From: an uncultured Gemmatimonadales bacterium
GTDB lineage: Bacteria; Gemmatimonadota; Gemmatimonadetes; Gemmatimonadales; Gemmatimonadaceae
Length of the DNA stretch: 64,000 nucleotides
Assembly (NCBI GenBank): GCA_963793305.1
Contig: CAWBZV010000005.1
Coordinates: forward strand, 640,001-704,000
Direction: 5' to 3'
Positions 51,819 to 62,615 of the stretch are shown here, piece after piece. A program made the position numbers and the translations under genes. Each line of letters opens with the position of its first letter. The stretch's first letter is position 1. The notes below the pieces were generated by a model, which was not told where the DNA came from, made no database searches, and saw only the letters and a list, made by a program, of their open reading frames with translations.

Positions 51819-52733
51819 ATGCAATTAGGGATGATCGGGCTGGGGAAGATGGGCGCGAATATGACGACCCGGCTCGTGAAAGGTGGTCACACGATCGTCG
51901 TCTACGATCGCGACGCGCACGCGATTTCAACGTCCGTCTCCGGTGGCGCGACCGGGTCTTCCACGCTCGCCGACTTGGTCGCGAAGCTCACGCCGCCGCG
52001 TGCCGTGTGGATCATGGTGCCGGCCGGTGACCCCACCGAATCCACGGTCCGCGAATTGGCCAAGTTACTGTCCAAAGGCGACACGATAATCGACGGCGGC
52101 AATAGCAATTACAAAGACGACATGCGCCGCCAAGTTGAGTTGAACCCGCTCGGCCTCCACTACGTGGATGTCGGCACGAGCGGTGGTATCTGGGGCTTGA
52201 AAGAGGGCTATAGTCTCATGGTCGGCGGCGATAAGGCAGCCGTCGAGCGCCTGCGCCCAATTTTCGAGACGCTTGCCCCCGCCAAGGACCAGGGTTGGGG
52301 TCGCATGGGCCCAACGGGATCTGGCCATTTCGTGAAGATGATCCACAATGGCATCGAGTACGGCCTCATGCAGGCGTATGCCGAAGGGTTCGCCATTATG
52401 GAGGCAAAGAAAGAATTTGCGCTGGATGTCGCGCAGATCGCGGAGGTCTGGCGCTATGGATCGGTGGTGCGGTCCTGGCTGCTCGATCTCGCGGCCAACG
52501 CGCTCAAAGAAAACCCGACGCTGAAAGGCATTGCGCCGTACGTCGTCGATTCCGGCGAGGGACGCTGGACGGTGGCCGAGGCCATCGACCTCAATGTTCC
52601 GGCGCCGATCATTACCCAATCGTTGATCGAGCGGCTCCGGTCGCGCGATGACGATTCCTACAGCGACAAGATGCTGGCCGCACTGCGCAACCAGTTCGGT
52701 GGGCACGCCATCAAAACCGAGGCCGCCTCGTGA
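51819..52733 (+). CDS. gnd: 6-phosphogluconate dehydrogenase (decarboxylating, short type)
   Basis: GLGKMG, IDGGNS, GTSGG, KMIHNGIEY, DSGEGRWT, RNQFGGH. Confidence 0.95.
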   Translation: MQLGMIGLGKMGANMTTRLVKGGHTIVVYDRDAHAISTSVSGGATGSSTLADLVAKLTPPRAVWIMVPAGDPTESTVRELAKLLSKGDTIIDGGNSNYKDDMRRQVELNPLGLHYVDVGTSGGIWGLKEGYSLMVGGDKAAVERLRPIFETLAPAKDQGWGRMGPTGSGHFVKMIHNGIEYGLMQAYAEGFAIMEAKKEFALDVAQIAEVWRYGSVVRSWLLDLAANALKENPTLKGIAPYVVDSGEGRWTVAEAIDLNVPAPIITQSLIERLRSRDDDSYSDKMLAALRNQFGGHAIKTEAAS

Positions 52734-54230
52734 GTCAACCGACCGTCGATCCGAGCATATTCGTCGTCTTCGGCGCCACGGGCGATCTGGCGCACCGCAA
52801 GATTCTGCCCGCGCTGTATCAGCTGCACAAGCACAACCTGATCGGGCCCAAGAATCTGATCCTCGGCATCGGGCGCGACACCGATACCGACGACGCCAAA
52901 TTTCGCGCCGATATCAAGGGCTCGCTCACGGGCCCCGACACCTCGGCCAATGACCTCCAGGCGTGGCTCGACTCCGTGCTCTTCTATCAAGGTATCGGCG
53001 CGTCGACGCCGGCGGATTTCCAAGCACTCAAGACGCGGCTCGAGACGCTGGAGCGCGATCATGGCCTCCCAGGGAATCGCGCCTTTTATCTCTCACTGCC
53101 GCCGACGGCTTTCCCGTCGACCATCGCGGGACTCGGTGCAGCGGGGCTCAACCAGAGCGCGGGCTGGACGCGAGTGGTGATCGAAAAGCCATTCGGCCGC
53201 GATCTCGAGTCGGCGCGCGAGCTGAACCGCCTGGTGCATCAGTTCTTCGACGAATCCCAGGTCTATCGCATCGATCACTATCTGGGCAAAGAGACCGTCC
53301 AGAACCTGTTGGTGTTCCGATTCGCCAACGCAATGTTCGAGTCGCTGTGGAATCGCGACCATATCGAAAGCGTGGAGATCACGGTCGCCGAGGAGCTGGG
53401 TGTCGAACAGCGCGCCGACTACTACGAACACGCGGGCGCGTTGCGTGACATGGTCCAGTCGCACTTGACGCAGCTCTTCGCCCTCGTCGCCATGGAAGTG
53501 CCGACGGCGTTCGAAGCCTCGGCCATCCGCGACGAGAAGATCAAAGTCTTGCGCTCGATCGCGCCACTCGGCCCGCGCGACGCGGTGCGTGGACAGTACG
53601 TGGCCGGCGAGATTGACGGCAAGCCGGTGGTTGGCTATCGCACCGAGCCTGGCGTGGCCCAGCGGTCGAACACCGAGACGTTCGTCGCGCTCAAGCTGAG
53701 TCTCGACACCTGGCGGTGGCAGGGCGTCCCGTTCTATCTCCGGACGGGCAAGCGCATGGCACGCCGACTCACGGAAATCCGCGTGCGCTTCCGCCAGGCG
53801 CCCGTCTGGATGTTCCGCGCGCTGTCCGGATCGCAGCCAACGGCCAACACGCTGGTGATTACGCTGCAGCCCAACGAGGGCTTCCGCTTGTACTTCAACG
53901 TCAAGGCGCCCGGCGAGCCATTTCGTCTACAGCGTCTCACGCTGCACTTCGATTACGGCGAGGAGTTCAAGTTCTTGCCGGAAGCGTATCAAACGTTGCT
54001 GCTCGAACGTCCTGCGCGGCGATCAGACGCTGTTCGTGCACGCCGACGAGGTCGAAGCGTCGTGGCGTGTCTATGCGCCGCTGCTGGCGCTCAAGGACAC
54101 GCCGTACTTCTACGAGGCCGGCACGTGGGGCCCGCCGCAGGCCGCCACCGTAATACCAGAGCGTGAGCCACGGGAGAAGTACACGACCGAAGGAGCAGCA
54201 ACGGGAGCGGGAGCCGGTGCCGCCGCTTGA
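52730..54230 (+). CDS. zwf: Glucose-6-phosphate dehydrogenase; frameshift near 54008
   Basis: [30 protein letters not shown]-terminus DEVEASW..GTWGP in a second frame. Confidence 0.95.
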
Positions 54231-54234
54231 GCCA

Positions 54235-54960
54235 GTGCCGCTCGAAGTCCGCGAGGTCCCGGACGCAGCCGGTCTCTGTCGCGCCGCTGCCGATCTGATC
54301 GCGACAACGGCCGCCGCGGCAGTCGCCGCGCGCGGCCGTTTCACGCTCGCCCTCTCTGGCGGCAACACGCCACGCGCCCTATACCAATTGCTCGCCAGCG
54401 AATTGGTGACGCGCGTGCCGTGGGCCTCAACGCACCTGTACTTCGGTGATGAACGTTGCGTGCCGCCGGATGACCCGGACAGCAACTATCGCATGGCGTT
54501 CGAGTCGCTCCTATCGAAAGTCCCGGGTCTTGTCGAACGCACGGCCCGCATCGAAGGCGAACGCGAGCCTGCGGAGGCGGCGAAGCGTTACGATGCCGTT
54601 CTGCGCAAAGCGTTCGTCGATGGCACAACGTTCGACATAGCGTTGCTGGGAATAGGCGAAGATGGCCACACGGCGTCGCTCTTCCCGGGGAGTCCGGCGC
54701 TCGACGAGCGCACACGGTGGGCGGTTGCCACCGAGGCGCCGCCCACGATGAAAACGCGCCGTCGTGTCACGCTGACCTATCCGGTGTTCGCCAACACGCG
54801 CATGGTTGTCTTTCTCACAGTGGGGAAAGACAAGCATCGCATTCTCACCGATGTTCTCGCCGAAGCCGGCAACCCGCTCGCGCACTATCCCGCTGCTCGC
54901 ATCACGGCGCGCGAGCAATTGATCTACCTCGCCGATCACGCCGCACTGTCACCGACCTGA
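54235..54960 (+). CDS. pgl: 6-phosphogluconolactonase
   Basis: LSGGNTP, GDERCVP, SNY, LGIGEDGHTASLFP. Confidence 0.93.
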   Translation: MPLEVREVPDAAGLCRAAADLIATTAAAAVAARGRFTLALSGGNTPRALYQLLASELVTRVPWASTHLYFGDERCVPPDDPDSNYRMAFESLLSKVPGLVERTARIEGEREPAEAAKRYDAVLRKAFVDGTTFDIALLGIGEDGHTASLFPGSPALDERTRWAVATEAPPTMKTRRRVTLTYPVFANTRMVVFLTVGKDKHRILTDVLAEAGNPLAHYPAARITAREQLIYLADHAALSPT

Positions 54961-54986
54961 CAGGTCGGCTGGCTAACGTTCGCGCC

Positions 54987-55883
54987 ATGAAGAAACTTCT
55001 CGCCTTCCTCGCGCTGCCCGTCGTCGCGTCGGCGCAAACGAGCTTCCTCGTGATCGGCGACTGGGGCCGCGATGGGGCTGGATTCCAGACCGCCGTCGCG
55101 ACGCAGATGGCCGCGGAGGCGGCGAAAATCCACGCGGCGTTCGTCGTCTCCGTCGGCGACAACTTCTACGAAGAAGGCGTGCAGAAGCCGACCGACAATC
55201 AATTCAAAACGTCGTTCGAAGATATCTACAAAGCCCCATCACTCCAGATCCCGTGGTTCGTCGCGATCGGCAATCACGACTATCACGGCAACGTGGACGC
55301 CGAGATCGACTACAGTAAGGTCGACCCGCGCTGGCACATGCCCGCCCGGTATTTCACGGTGCACCAAAAGATCGACGACACAACGTCGCTCGATCTCTTT
55401 TTCTTGGACACCTCGCCGTTCGTCACCCAGTACCGGACCGAGGACAAGTACAAGTCACACGTCGCGGGGATCGATACGAAGGCACAGGTGCATTGGCTGG
55501 ACAGCGCACTCGCGGCATCGACCGCGCAATGGAAGATGGTGATCGGCCACCACCCGATATACTCAGCGAGCCCGAAGCACGGGAACACGCCCGAGCTCAT
55601 CGCCGCCATTAATCCGTTGCTCGTGAAGTACCACGCGCAGGTCTACCTCTGCGGCCACGACCACAACCTGCAGCACCTACACTTGGGGCATATCGACTAC
55701 TTCGTGTCCGGTGGCGGCTCCGAGGCGCGCCAGGCAGGACATGGCGCCCACACATTGTGGAGCGCGACGAGCCCGGGATTTCTGGCGGTCGAGATGAGCG
55801 CCACCACCATGCGCGCCCAGTTCATCAATCAGCGAGGAAGGATCCTCGACTCGACCGCGGTTCGAGCCACGGCCAAACTCTGA
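54987..55883 (+). CDS. Secreted purple/tartrate-resistant acid phosphatase
   Basis: Signal peptide; GDWG, GDNFY, GNHD, GHHP, GHDH. Confidence 0.9.
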   Translation: MKKLLAFLALPVVASAQTSFLVIGDWGRDGAGFQTAVATQMAAEAAKIHAAFVVSVGDNFYEEGVQKPTDNQFKTSFEDIYKAPSLQIPWFVAIGNHDYHGNVDAEIDYSKVDPRWHMPARYFTVHQKIDDTTSLDLFFLDTSPFVTQYRTEDKYKSHVAGIDTKAQVHWLDSALAASTAQWKMVIGHHPIYSASPKHGNTPELIAAINPLLVKYHAQVYLCGHDHNLQHLHLGHIDYFVSGGGSEARQAGHGAHTLWSATSPGFLAVEMSATTMRAQFINQRGRILDSTAVRATAKL

Positions 55884-56238
55884 TCGCGTGGTCCAGGGCG
55901 CTGGCGCGCGCCATATCGCGCACCATGTCGCCCGTTGGACTCTCGCACATCTGTCGCACGTCCTTCGCCGCGCGGCACACCGCGACCGTCGCCTCCATTC
56001 GCGTCGACCCGTCCATCCGTCGGGTCTGGACCCGCTCGGCCACCGCGTACGGCGTGGTGCTCGAGTAGAGCACCTCGACCGTCACGGTTTTGATATCCCC
56101 CTCGGTTTCCGCACACGTCGCTTCGGCCGAGCCTAGCTTCCATCCGGTGAACGAGACCGCGGGGCCGTGGTCGTTGACCAGCACCACGTGCGTGGGTGCC
56201 CCAAACAATCGCTCTGCGGCCAGCGTTCGTGTCATCAT
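55825..56238 (-). CDS. Hypothetical protein, paralog of 3079..3552
   Basis: Colinear similarity to 3079..3552. Confidence 0.7.
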   Translation of the reverse strand: MMTRTLAAERLFGAPTHVVLVNDHGPAVSFTGWKLGSAEATCAETEGDIKTVTVEVLYSSTTPYAVAERVQTRRMDGSTRMEATVAVCRAAKDVRQMCESPTGDMVRDMARASALDHAIRVWPWLEPRSSRGSFLAD

Positions 56239-56341
56239 ATTCGGAAGGCCTAAATTGCAAACGCCGGGCCCAACGGTAGAGCCCGTCTTTTCTCGCCCCA
56301 ATACTGGAGTCTGTCGCAAGTGCGCCACAGACTGATCGACG

Positions 56342-57655
56342 ATGCCGCATCGCCGCATCCTACTCGCTGACTGCGACCAGTTTTTCGTCGCGGTCGCTCG
56401 CCTGGCCGACCCCGAAGGGGCGGGCAAAGCGCGCCTTTTGATCGTCGGCGGCACCCGGGAAAGCCGCGGAGTCGTCTGCTCTGCCTCATATGAGGCTCGG
56501 CGCTTCGGCGTCCGGTCGGCCATGCCGATAGCCCGCGCGCTGCGCCTATGTCCAGACGCCGTTTGCGTCCCGGTGCCGCGCAAAGCCTGCATCGAGAAGA
56601 GCCGCGCGGTAGCCGCGGTGCTCCGGCGCTTCTCGCCGATCGTGGAGCCCGCGTCGGTCGATGAGCTCTATTTGGATCTGACCAACACAGAACGCCTGTA
56701 TCGGGATGAACCGCTGGACCAGACCTCGGTCCGTATCCGAAACGCCGTACTCGCCGAGACCGGTCTCTCGGTCTCGATTGGCGGTGGCACGTCGAAGCTC
56801 GTCGCGAAGCTCGCCACCGAGTATGCGAAGCCGCGCCCGGGCACGAGCGCCACGGGTGTCTTCATCGTGCCTCCGGGCGAGGAAGCCGAATTCGTCGCGG
56901 GTCTCGCGCTGGCCGAGCTGCCGGGGGTAGGGCCGCGCTTCCAGGAGCGGCTCGCCGAACACGGCTGGCGCGTGGTGGCCGACGTACTCCCGCTCGACCA
57001 AACCGCACTGACGCGCAACCTCGGCGACCGCGCTGGCGAGTGGCTCTATCAGCGCATTCGCGGGATCGACCCATCAGTCGTCCACGAGCGCGACCACGCC
57101 AAATCGGTGAGTCGCGACGAGACGTTTCCACGCGATCTCAACGACGACGAAGATCTCGAGCGCGAGCTGGTGCGACTGGTCGACCGTGGCGCGGCCGATA
57201 TGCGCGAGTCGGGCCTCGCCGCGCGGACGATCACCGTTAAGCTGCGCGACTACGACCGAACGACGCGCCAGGCGAGCCGCACGCTGCGCGCCCCGGTGAT
57301 CGCCGATCGCGCGATCCTGGCGCTGGCGCACGAGTTGCTCGCGCGACTCCGCGCCGCCCGCCGCGTGCCAGCCCGGCTGATCGGCGTCGCGCTCTCGCAG
57401 TTCGCCGACGTTGCGCAGCTCGATCTGCTCGACGTGAGCGAAGCCGAAGTCGAGGTCGACCGCGATCGTCGCCTGACGCGCGCGGTCGACATCGTGCGCG
57501 AACGATTCGGGAGAACGGCCCTGACGCCCGGCGTGCTCGCCGTCAGTGCTGCGTCAGGGAAAAAACGAATCCCTGGCGCACGAGCTGACGCACACGGCGA
57601 CCGCCGACCAGCGCCGGGTGGTACCGCGTCCCGGCCAGCGCGTCGCGAACGCTGA
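56342..57655 (+). CDS. dinB: DNA polymerase IV (Y family)
   Basis: ADCDQFF, SASYEARRFG, SVDE, KLVAKLA..KP, little-finger KSVSRDETF. Confidence 0.93.
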   Translation: MPHRRILLADCDQFFVAVARLADPEGAGKARLLIVGGTRESRGVVCSASYEARRFGVRSAMPIARALRLCPDAVCVPVPRKACIEKSRAVAAVLRRFSPIVEPASVDELYLDLTNTERLYRDEPLDQTSVRIRNAVLAETGLSVSIGGGTSKLVAKLATEYAKPRPGTSATGVFIVPPGEEAEFVAGLALAELPGVGPRFQERLAEHGWRVVADVLPLDQTALTRNLGDRAGEWLYQRIRGIDPSVVHERDHAKSVSRDETFPRDLNDDEDLERELVRLVDRGAADMRESGLAARTITVKLRDYDRTTRQASRTLRAPVIADRAILALAHELLARLRAARRVPARLIGVALSQFADVAQLDLLDVSEAEVEVDRDRRLTRAVDIVRERFGRTALTPGVLAVSAASGKKRIPGARADAHGDRRPAPGGTASRPARRER

Positions 57656-58196
57656 CGACGAACGCATCCGCGGCGCTCGACAGGGTGCGCACGGACCCTC
57701 GTTCCACGCGCCCCGTTGTATCGACGACGAACTCCAGCGTGACCTCACCTTCTATCCCCGCCTGGCGCAGCGTTTCGGGATATACCGGCGTGGGTGCGCC
57801 CGGATACGGTGTGACCTGCACTTCGACGACGTCGGCCGAAAGCGGACCCGACGTCGCGGTCTCGTTGCCACCGCCGCTGTTTCGCGACGGACCATCCCAC
57901 ACGTCGACAGCGCTCGCTCCAGTCGGCCTCGTCGGATCTGTGAGCTGGACGTCGACGCCCGGAATCTCGGGCGGCACCGGTCCCTTCGCGTCGGCGGGCA
58001 TGCACATCTCCCGACACGAAGGCCCTGCGCTAGTGAGCGTCGTAGAGTAATGCTCGACGTGATGGACCGGCTCCGTGTAAAACAGGAGCGGCTGCTCTCG
58101 TTGTCTCGGTCGCGCGTTCAACTCACGCGTGCCATAGGGGATCACCAGACCGATCACGAGAACGTGAATCATGATGCTGACGAGTGAGCTCTTCAT
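57543..58196 (-). CDS. tonB: Energy transducer TonB-family protein
   Basis: S...H TM anchor; PVYPETLRQAGIEGEV.LEFVVDTTGRV C-terminal domain. Confidence 0.85.
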   Translation of the reverse strand: MKSSLVSIMIHVLVIGLVIPYGTRELNARPRQREQPLLFYTEPVHHVEHYSTTLTSAGPSCREMCMPADAKGPVPPEIPGVDVQLTDPTRPTGASAVDVWDGPSRNSGGGNETATSGPLSADVVEVQVTPYPGAPTPVYPETLRQAGIEGEVTLEFVVDTTGRVERGSVRTLSSAADAFVVSVRDALAGTRYHPALVGGRRVRQLVRQGFVFSLTQH

Positions 58197-58253
58197 GGGC
58201 CGATGGTAGCTTCGCTACCCGGTCACCATCATGATCGTCGCGTGACGATCCGA

Positions 58254-59255
58254 TTAATCGAGCGATCGCAACATGCGCAGCGCCGAGATGCCCTCCGGCG
58301 GCAGTTGATCAAACGTGCATTGCCGCGGCGCCTTGTCCGGTCGCCACCGTCGAAACGTGGTCCCATGTCGAAACCGGCCATCACTGAAGTGATCGTACGT
58401 CACTTCGACGACAAGCGTGGGTTCGAGCGGCTGCCACTCCCCGGTTCGCTCCGTCGCCCACCGACTCGGCCCCCCTGGCGCCCGCCCCGTGAAACCGGGC
58501 GGTTGGACGAGCGGCTCGACTTTCGTGCGCAGCTCCAGTCGTTCACCAGCCTTGAACGACGACGTAAATCCGACGTGATGGAGCAGCCCGTCGTCGTCAT
58601 AGAGCCCGAGCAGCAGCGACCCGATGCCGCCCCCTTTCGCCGCGTAGCGAAATCCGCCGACGACGCAATCGACGGTCCGTATGTTCTTGACCTTCTCCAT
58701 GCCGGTCCTGAGACCGGCCTGATACGGCAGGTTGTGTCGCTTCGCGACCACGCCATCCAACCCAACCTGCTCGCCGCGCAGCCACTGTTGCGCGACATCG
58801 AGCTCTGACGTGATCGGCGAAAGCTTGACGGTGGCCGAATCGGGAAACGCGCGCGGCAGGAATGCCTCGAGCTGGTGTCGTCGCGCCGATAAAGCCGCAT
58901 TGACGTCCGCAAGCAGATCGAAGACGATGTATTGCGCGGGCCACTCCGCCGCCAACTTGCGCACCCGACTCTCGGCGGGATGAATGCGCTGCAGCAGCGC
59001 GTCGAACGACAGTTGTTCTTCGAGCGGCACCACCAGCTCACCGTCGAGCACAAACTGTCTCACCGGCGATGCCAAGAGGGCCTCCGCGATCTCCGGGAAA
59101 TATCGCGTCAACGGTTTCCCGGCTTTCGACATCAGTTCGATGTCCGAGCCGTCGCGAGATGCGAGGCACCGGAACCCGTCCCACTTGGGTTCGTACCACC
59201 ACTCGGGTCCGACCGGAAGCTCGTCGACGAGCTTCGCCTCCATGGGCTCGATCAT
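58254..59255 (-). CDS. ligC: ATP-dependent DNA ligase (LigC type)
   Basis: EPKWDGFR, LDGE, DGVVAK, GGPSRW, RFRHG, WRPDK. Confidence 0.9.
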   Translation of the reverse strand: MIEPMEAKLVDELPVGPEWWYEPKWDGFRCLASRDGSDIELMSKAGKPLTRYFPEIAEALLASPVRQFVLDGELVVPLEEQLSFDALLQRIHPAESRVRKLAAEWPAQYIVFDLLADVNAALSARRHQLEAFLPRAFPDSATVKLSPITSELDVAQQWLRGEQVGLDGVVAKRHNLPYQAGLRTGMEKVKNIRTVDCVVGGFRYAAKGGGIGSLLLGLYDDDGLLHHVGFTSSFKAGERLELRTKVEPLVQPPGFTGRAPGGPSRWATERTGEWQPLEPTLVVEVTYDHFSDGRFRHGTTFRRWRPDKAPRQCTFDQLPPEGISALRMLRSLD

Positions 59256-60142
59256 AAGACGGTGCGCAGATCGAATCGTCCATGTGCCGCGCGCACCGGT
59301 TCCCAGAGATCGCCGACGGCTTGCACACGCTCAGCCACGTTCGTCAAATCAAAGTCTTCAATCGCGACGCCCGCGGCGAGCTCGTCCCACGACACGGGCG
59401 TCGAGACAGTCGCGCGCTCGGTCGGCCGGACCGAATACACGGATGCCAACGTCCGCCCCCACGCGTTCTGATTGTAGTCGACAAGGACATGCTTCGGCGG
59501 CCGGTGCGCCACGCGGTACTCCGAGGTGAGCAGCCCCGGCTCGAGCTTCGCCATGGAGATCGCGAATCGTTTGGCAAACGTCCAGACCTCTTTCTGATCC
59601 GGGCCCCGAACGATGGGCACGTACACGTGCACGCCTCGCGATCCACTCGTTTTCGCGACACACGGCATACCGAGACCGGTCAGCCCATCGCGCACGAGCA
59701 ACGCGGCTCGCCTCACGTCCTCGAACGTCGCACCCGGCGTCGGATCGAGATCGAAGTGCAGCACGTCCGGCTTGTGCACGTCATCGCACGTGGAATACCA
59801 CGGATTGAGATCGATGCATCCCAAGTTGATCACCCACAAGAGCGCCGCCTCGTCATCGATGACGGGGAAGTCGATCTCGTTGCCGGATCCGTGCCGGATG
59901 CAGCACTGCACGAGCCACTCGGGGTGCGGGGTCGGCGTCCGTTTCATGAAGAACATCTTGCCGGCGATCCCGTTCGGGTACCGCTTCATGACCATGGCGC
60001 GGCCCTGGATATACGGCACGAGCACCGAAGCCACGTCCCCGTAGTACCGCACCAGGTCGCCCTTCGTCAGGCCGAGCGAGGGCCAGAAAATCTTGTCGAG
60101 ATTCGTGAGCCGAACGGTACGGCCACGGATGGTGACCTCCAT
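59252..60142 (-). CDS. Stand-alone LigD-type primase-polymerase
   Basis: TNLDK, TKGDL..YY, RYPNG, FDLDP, KTSGSRGVH, DYNQN, YSVR, STPVSW. Confidence 0.9.
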   Translation of the reverse strand: MEVTIRGRTVRLTNLDKIFWPSLGLTKGDLVRYYGDVASVLVPYIQGRAMVMKRYPNGIAGKMFFMKRTPTPHPEWLVQCCIRHGSGNEIDFPVIDDEAALLWVINLGCIDLNPWYSTCDDVHKPDVLHFDLDPTPGATFEDVRRAALLVRDGLTGLGMPCVAKTSGSRGVHVYVPIVRGPDQKEVWTFAKRFAISMAKLEPGLLTSEYRVAHRPPKHVLVDYNQNAWGRTLASVYSVRPTERATVSTPVSWDELAAGVAIEDFDLTNVAERVQAVGDLWEPVRAAHGRFDLRTVL

Positions 60143-60167
60143 GAGGCAAATATGCTAAACTGCTGCC

Positions 60168-60776
60168 ATGACAACCATGTGGCACTTCGACATCGCGTGG
60201 CAAGAGAAGGTCGTCCGGACGATCGTGGTGTATGTGTTTCTGCTCATCGGCCTGCGCTTGGCCGGCAAACGGGAGCTCGGTCAGTTCAATCCGTTCGACC
60301 TCGTCGTGCTCCTGCTGCTGTCGAACACGCTGCAAAACGCGATCATCGGCAATGACAACTCCCTCGCCGGCGGTCTCCTGGGAGCGGCCGTCCTGCTGGC
60401 CGTCAATTATACCGTCGTGCGATTCCTGTACCGGCACCCCGCGATCGAGCGTCTCGTCGAGGGCGATCCCGATGTGCTCGTCCGCGACGGCGAAACGATC
60501 CAGCATCGGATGGAGCGCGAGCTGATCACGAAAGATCAGCTCGAGGCTGCCGCCAGGCGACAAGGCATCGACTCACTCGATCGCGTACGGGAGTGCCGTC
60601 TCGAGACCGGCGGCGCGCTCACCTTCATCGAGCGCAAGCCCACGGGCGACGAGGAGCGCCACTCCGAGCTCGTCACGCGGCTGAACGAGCTGGCGGAGCA
60701 GCAGGCGCGGCTCAGTTCGCAGCTGCTCGCGCTGCAGACACAACAGGCGCCGGCTCGCTCGGCGCCGCCGTCGTAA
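60168..60776 (+). CDS. DUF421/YetF membrane protein
   Basis: LRLAGKRELGQ..PFDLV, EGDP.VLVRDG, LETGG. Confidence 0.9.
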   Translation: MTTMWHFDIAWQEKVVRTIVVYVFLLIGLRLAGKRELGQFNPFDLVVLLLLSNTLQNAIIGNDNSLAGGLLGAAVLLAVNYTVVRFLYRHPAIERLVEGDPDVLVRDGETIQHRMERELITKDQLEAAARRQGIDSLDRVRECRLETGGALTFIERKPTGDEERHSELVTRLNELAEQQARLSSQLLALQTQQAPARSAPPS

Positions 60777-61977
60777 GCGGCCCGAGGCGCCGGAGCTCGG
60801 GCCACTTCCACGCCACAGCTGCCACGACGACCATCGTCCCGATGGCGCCCGAGACGACGGACACGACCGGCGTAAAGAGTCGTGCGACCACGCCAGACTC
60901 GAAGCCGCCGAGCTGATTCGAGGTCCCAATAAACAGTGAGTTGATCGCTCCCACCCGTCCCCTCATGTGGTCGGGCGTGAGCAGCGGCACGAGTGTCCCT
61001 CGCACGACGACGCTCACCATATCGAGGCCGCCGAGCAGTACCAACATGCCGAGGGAAAGCAAGAACGATCGCGACAGCCCAAACACGAGGGTCGCTGCCC
61101 CAAATCCGAACACGGCCCAGAGCAATGTCGGCCCGGCCTTCTTGAGCGGCACCCGCGCTAACGCCACCGCCACGATGACCGCGCCAACACTCGGCGCCGC
61201 ATCCATCCACCCGAGTCCTTCGGGTCCGACGTGCAAAATATCCTTTGCATACACTGGCATGAGCGATGTCGCTCCGCCGAGCAATACCGCGAAGAGATCC
61301 AGCGTGATCGTCGCCAAGATGAGCTTCGTGTGCAGAACGTATCGCGCGCCCGCGACGAGCGACTCGAACGTGATTGCCCTCTTCTCGCGATCGACCGGGC
61401 GATAGTGTAACAACACAGCGCACGTAAGAAAAACAAGCGCGCCAGTCGCGCCACACAGGTAGACGAGTGCCGGTAATCGGAACGCCCCGATCATCAGCCC
61501 GCCGATCGCGGGCCCGATGACCGCGGCCAGCTGCCACCCGCCGGAATTCCAGGTCACGGCGTTTGGCAGCACCTCGGATGACACGAGTGACGGCAGTATG
61601 GCGTTCCGGACGGGTTGTTGAAACGCGCGCGCCGCTCCCATGACGAGAAAGCAGGCATAGATCGCGAGCACCGGCGCATGGAACCATGACACGGCCGCGA
61701 GCCCGACCGACGCACTCGCCATGGTCGCCTGCGCGCAGATGAGTACCCACCGCCGATCAACGGTATCCACGATGTGTCCCGCGGGCAGGACGAGCGCGAG
61801 GAGCGGAATGACGCTGACGAGCCCGATGTAGCCGAGGGCCAGGGCGGAGTGAGTGCGCTCGTAGAGCTCCCACCCGACAGCTGTTCCCTGCATCTCGAAT
61901 CCGACCGTGCCGGCGAACGCGCCGAGCCAGAACAACCGGAAGTCACGCGCCCGGAGCGCCGCAAACGGTGAGTGCAC
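60712..61977 (-). CDS. MFS transporter (DHA3/EntS-like)
   Basis: ALRARDFRLFW, GHIVDTVDRR, DLFAVLLGG, PDHMRGRV; about 12 TM. Confidence 0.9.
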   Translation of the reverse strand: MHSPFAALRARDFRLFWLGAFAGTVGFEMQGTAVGWELYERTHSALALGYIGLVSVIPLLALVLPAGHIVDTVDRRWVLICAQATMASASVGLAAVSWFHAPVLAIYACFLVMGAARAFQQPVRNAILPSLVSSEVLPNAVTWNSGGWQLAAVIGPAIGGLMIGAFRLPALVYLCGATGALVFLTCAVLLHYRPVDREKRAITFESLVAGARYVLHTKLILATITLDLFAVLLGGATSLMPVYAKDILHVGPEGLGWMDAAPSVGAVIVAVALARVPLKKAGPTLLWAVFGFGAATLVFGLSRSFLLSLGMLVLLGGLDMVSVVVRGTLVPLLTPDHMRGRVGAINSLFIGTSNQLGGFESGVVARLFTPVVSVVSGAIGTMVVVAAVAWKWPELRRLGPLTTAAPSEPAPVVSAARAAAN

Positions 61978-62048
61978 GCTTGGAAATCTGGCGGGGAGTG
62001 AGCCTCGTGTGCTACGATAGCGACATTCCTCCAACGGACGGGACGGCG

Positions 62049-62615
62049 ATGGCGATCTTTCCTGGCGCAAAGGCCATGATCATCCAGCACAACTTCCAGC
62101 CGTGGATGCGGAAGCCGCTCCGCGGGCTCATCATCCACATCGATGGTGGGGCGTGGGTGAACGCGACGAAAACGACCCAGGCGCATTTCGCGCATGGGTC
62201 GATTAACGGCGTTTTCGGCGAATTCAATACTGCCGGCAAGGGGAAGTCAGCGCATTTTGGTGTCGACAAGCAAGGCAACATCAACCAATTCCTCGACACG
62301 TCGAAGAGCGCGTTCGCCGTCGACGGGACGTATGACGGCGTCGACTCGCACTGGGTCAGCGTGGAAAACATCGCGGTCCCTGGTGAGGAGCTGACGGACG
62401 CGCAGATCGAGTCGTGTGCCGACATATTTCGATGGCTGCACCAGACGGAGGGTGTACCATTGCGGCTCGCCGGGCACAGTACCGACAAAGGACTCGCCTA
62501 TCACTCGCTTTTTCTCTCGGAAGAGGGCGCCAAGAGACACCCGTGCCCGACCTTGAAAGTGATCAATCAGCTTCCGGACATCGTGGACGCGGCACTGGCG
62601 TTTTGGGACAGCTGA
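62049..62615 (+). CDS. N-acetylmuramoyl-L-alanine amidase (Amidase_2 fold)
   Basis: LIIH, SAHFGVD, SVE, YH, CP; consistent with His/His/Cys zinc ligands. Confidence 0.8.
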   Translation: MAIFPGAKAMIIQHNFQPWMRKPLRGLIIHIDGGAWVNATKTTQAHFAHGSINGVFGEFNTAGKGKSAHFGVDKQGNINQFLDTSKSAFAVDGTYDGVDSHWVSVENIAVPGEELTDAQIESCADIFRWLHQTEGVPLRLAGHSTDKGLAYHSLFLSEEGAKRHPCPTLKVINQLPDIVDAALAFWDS

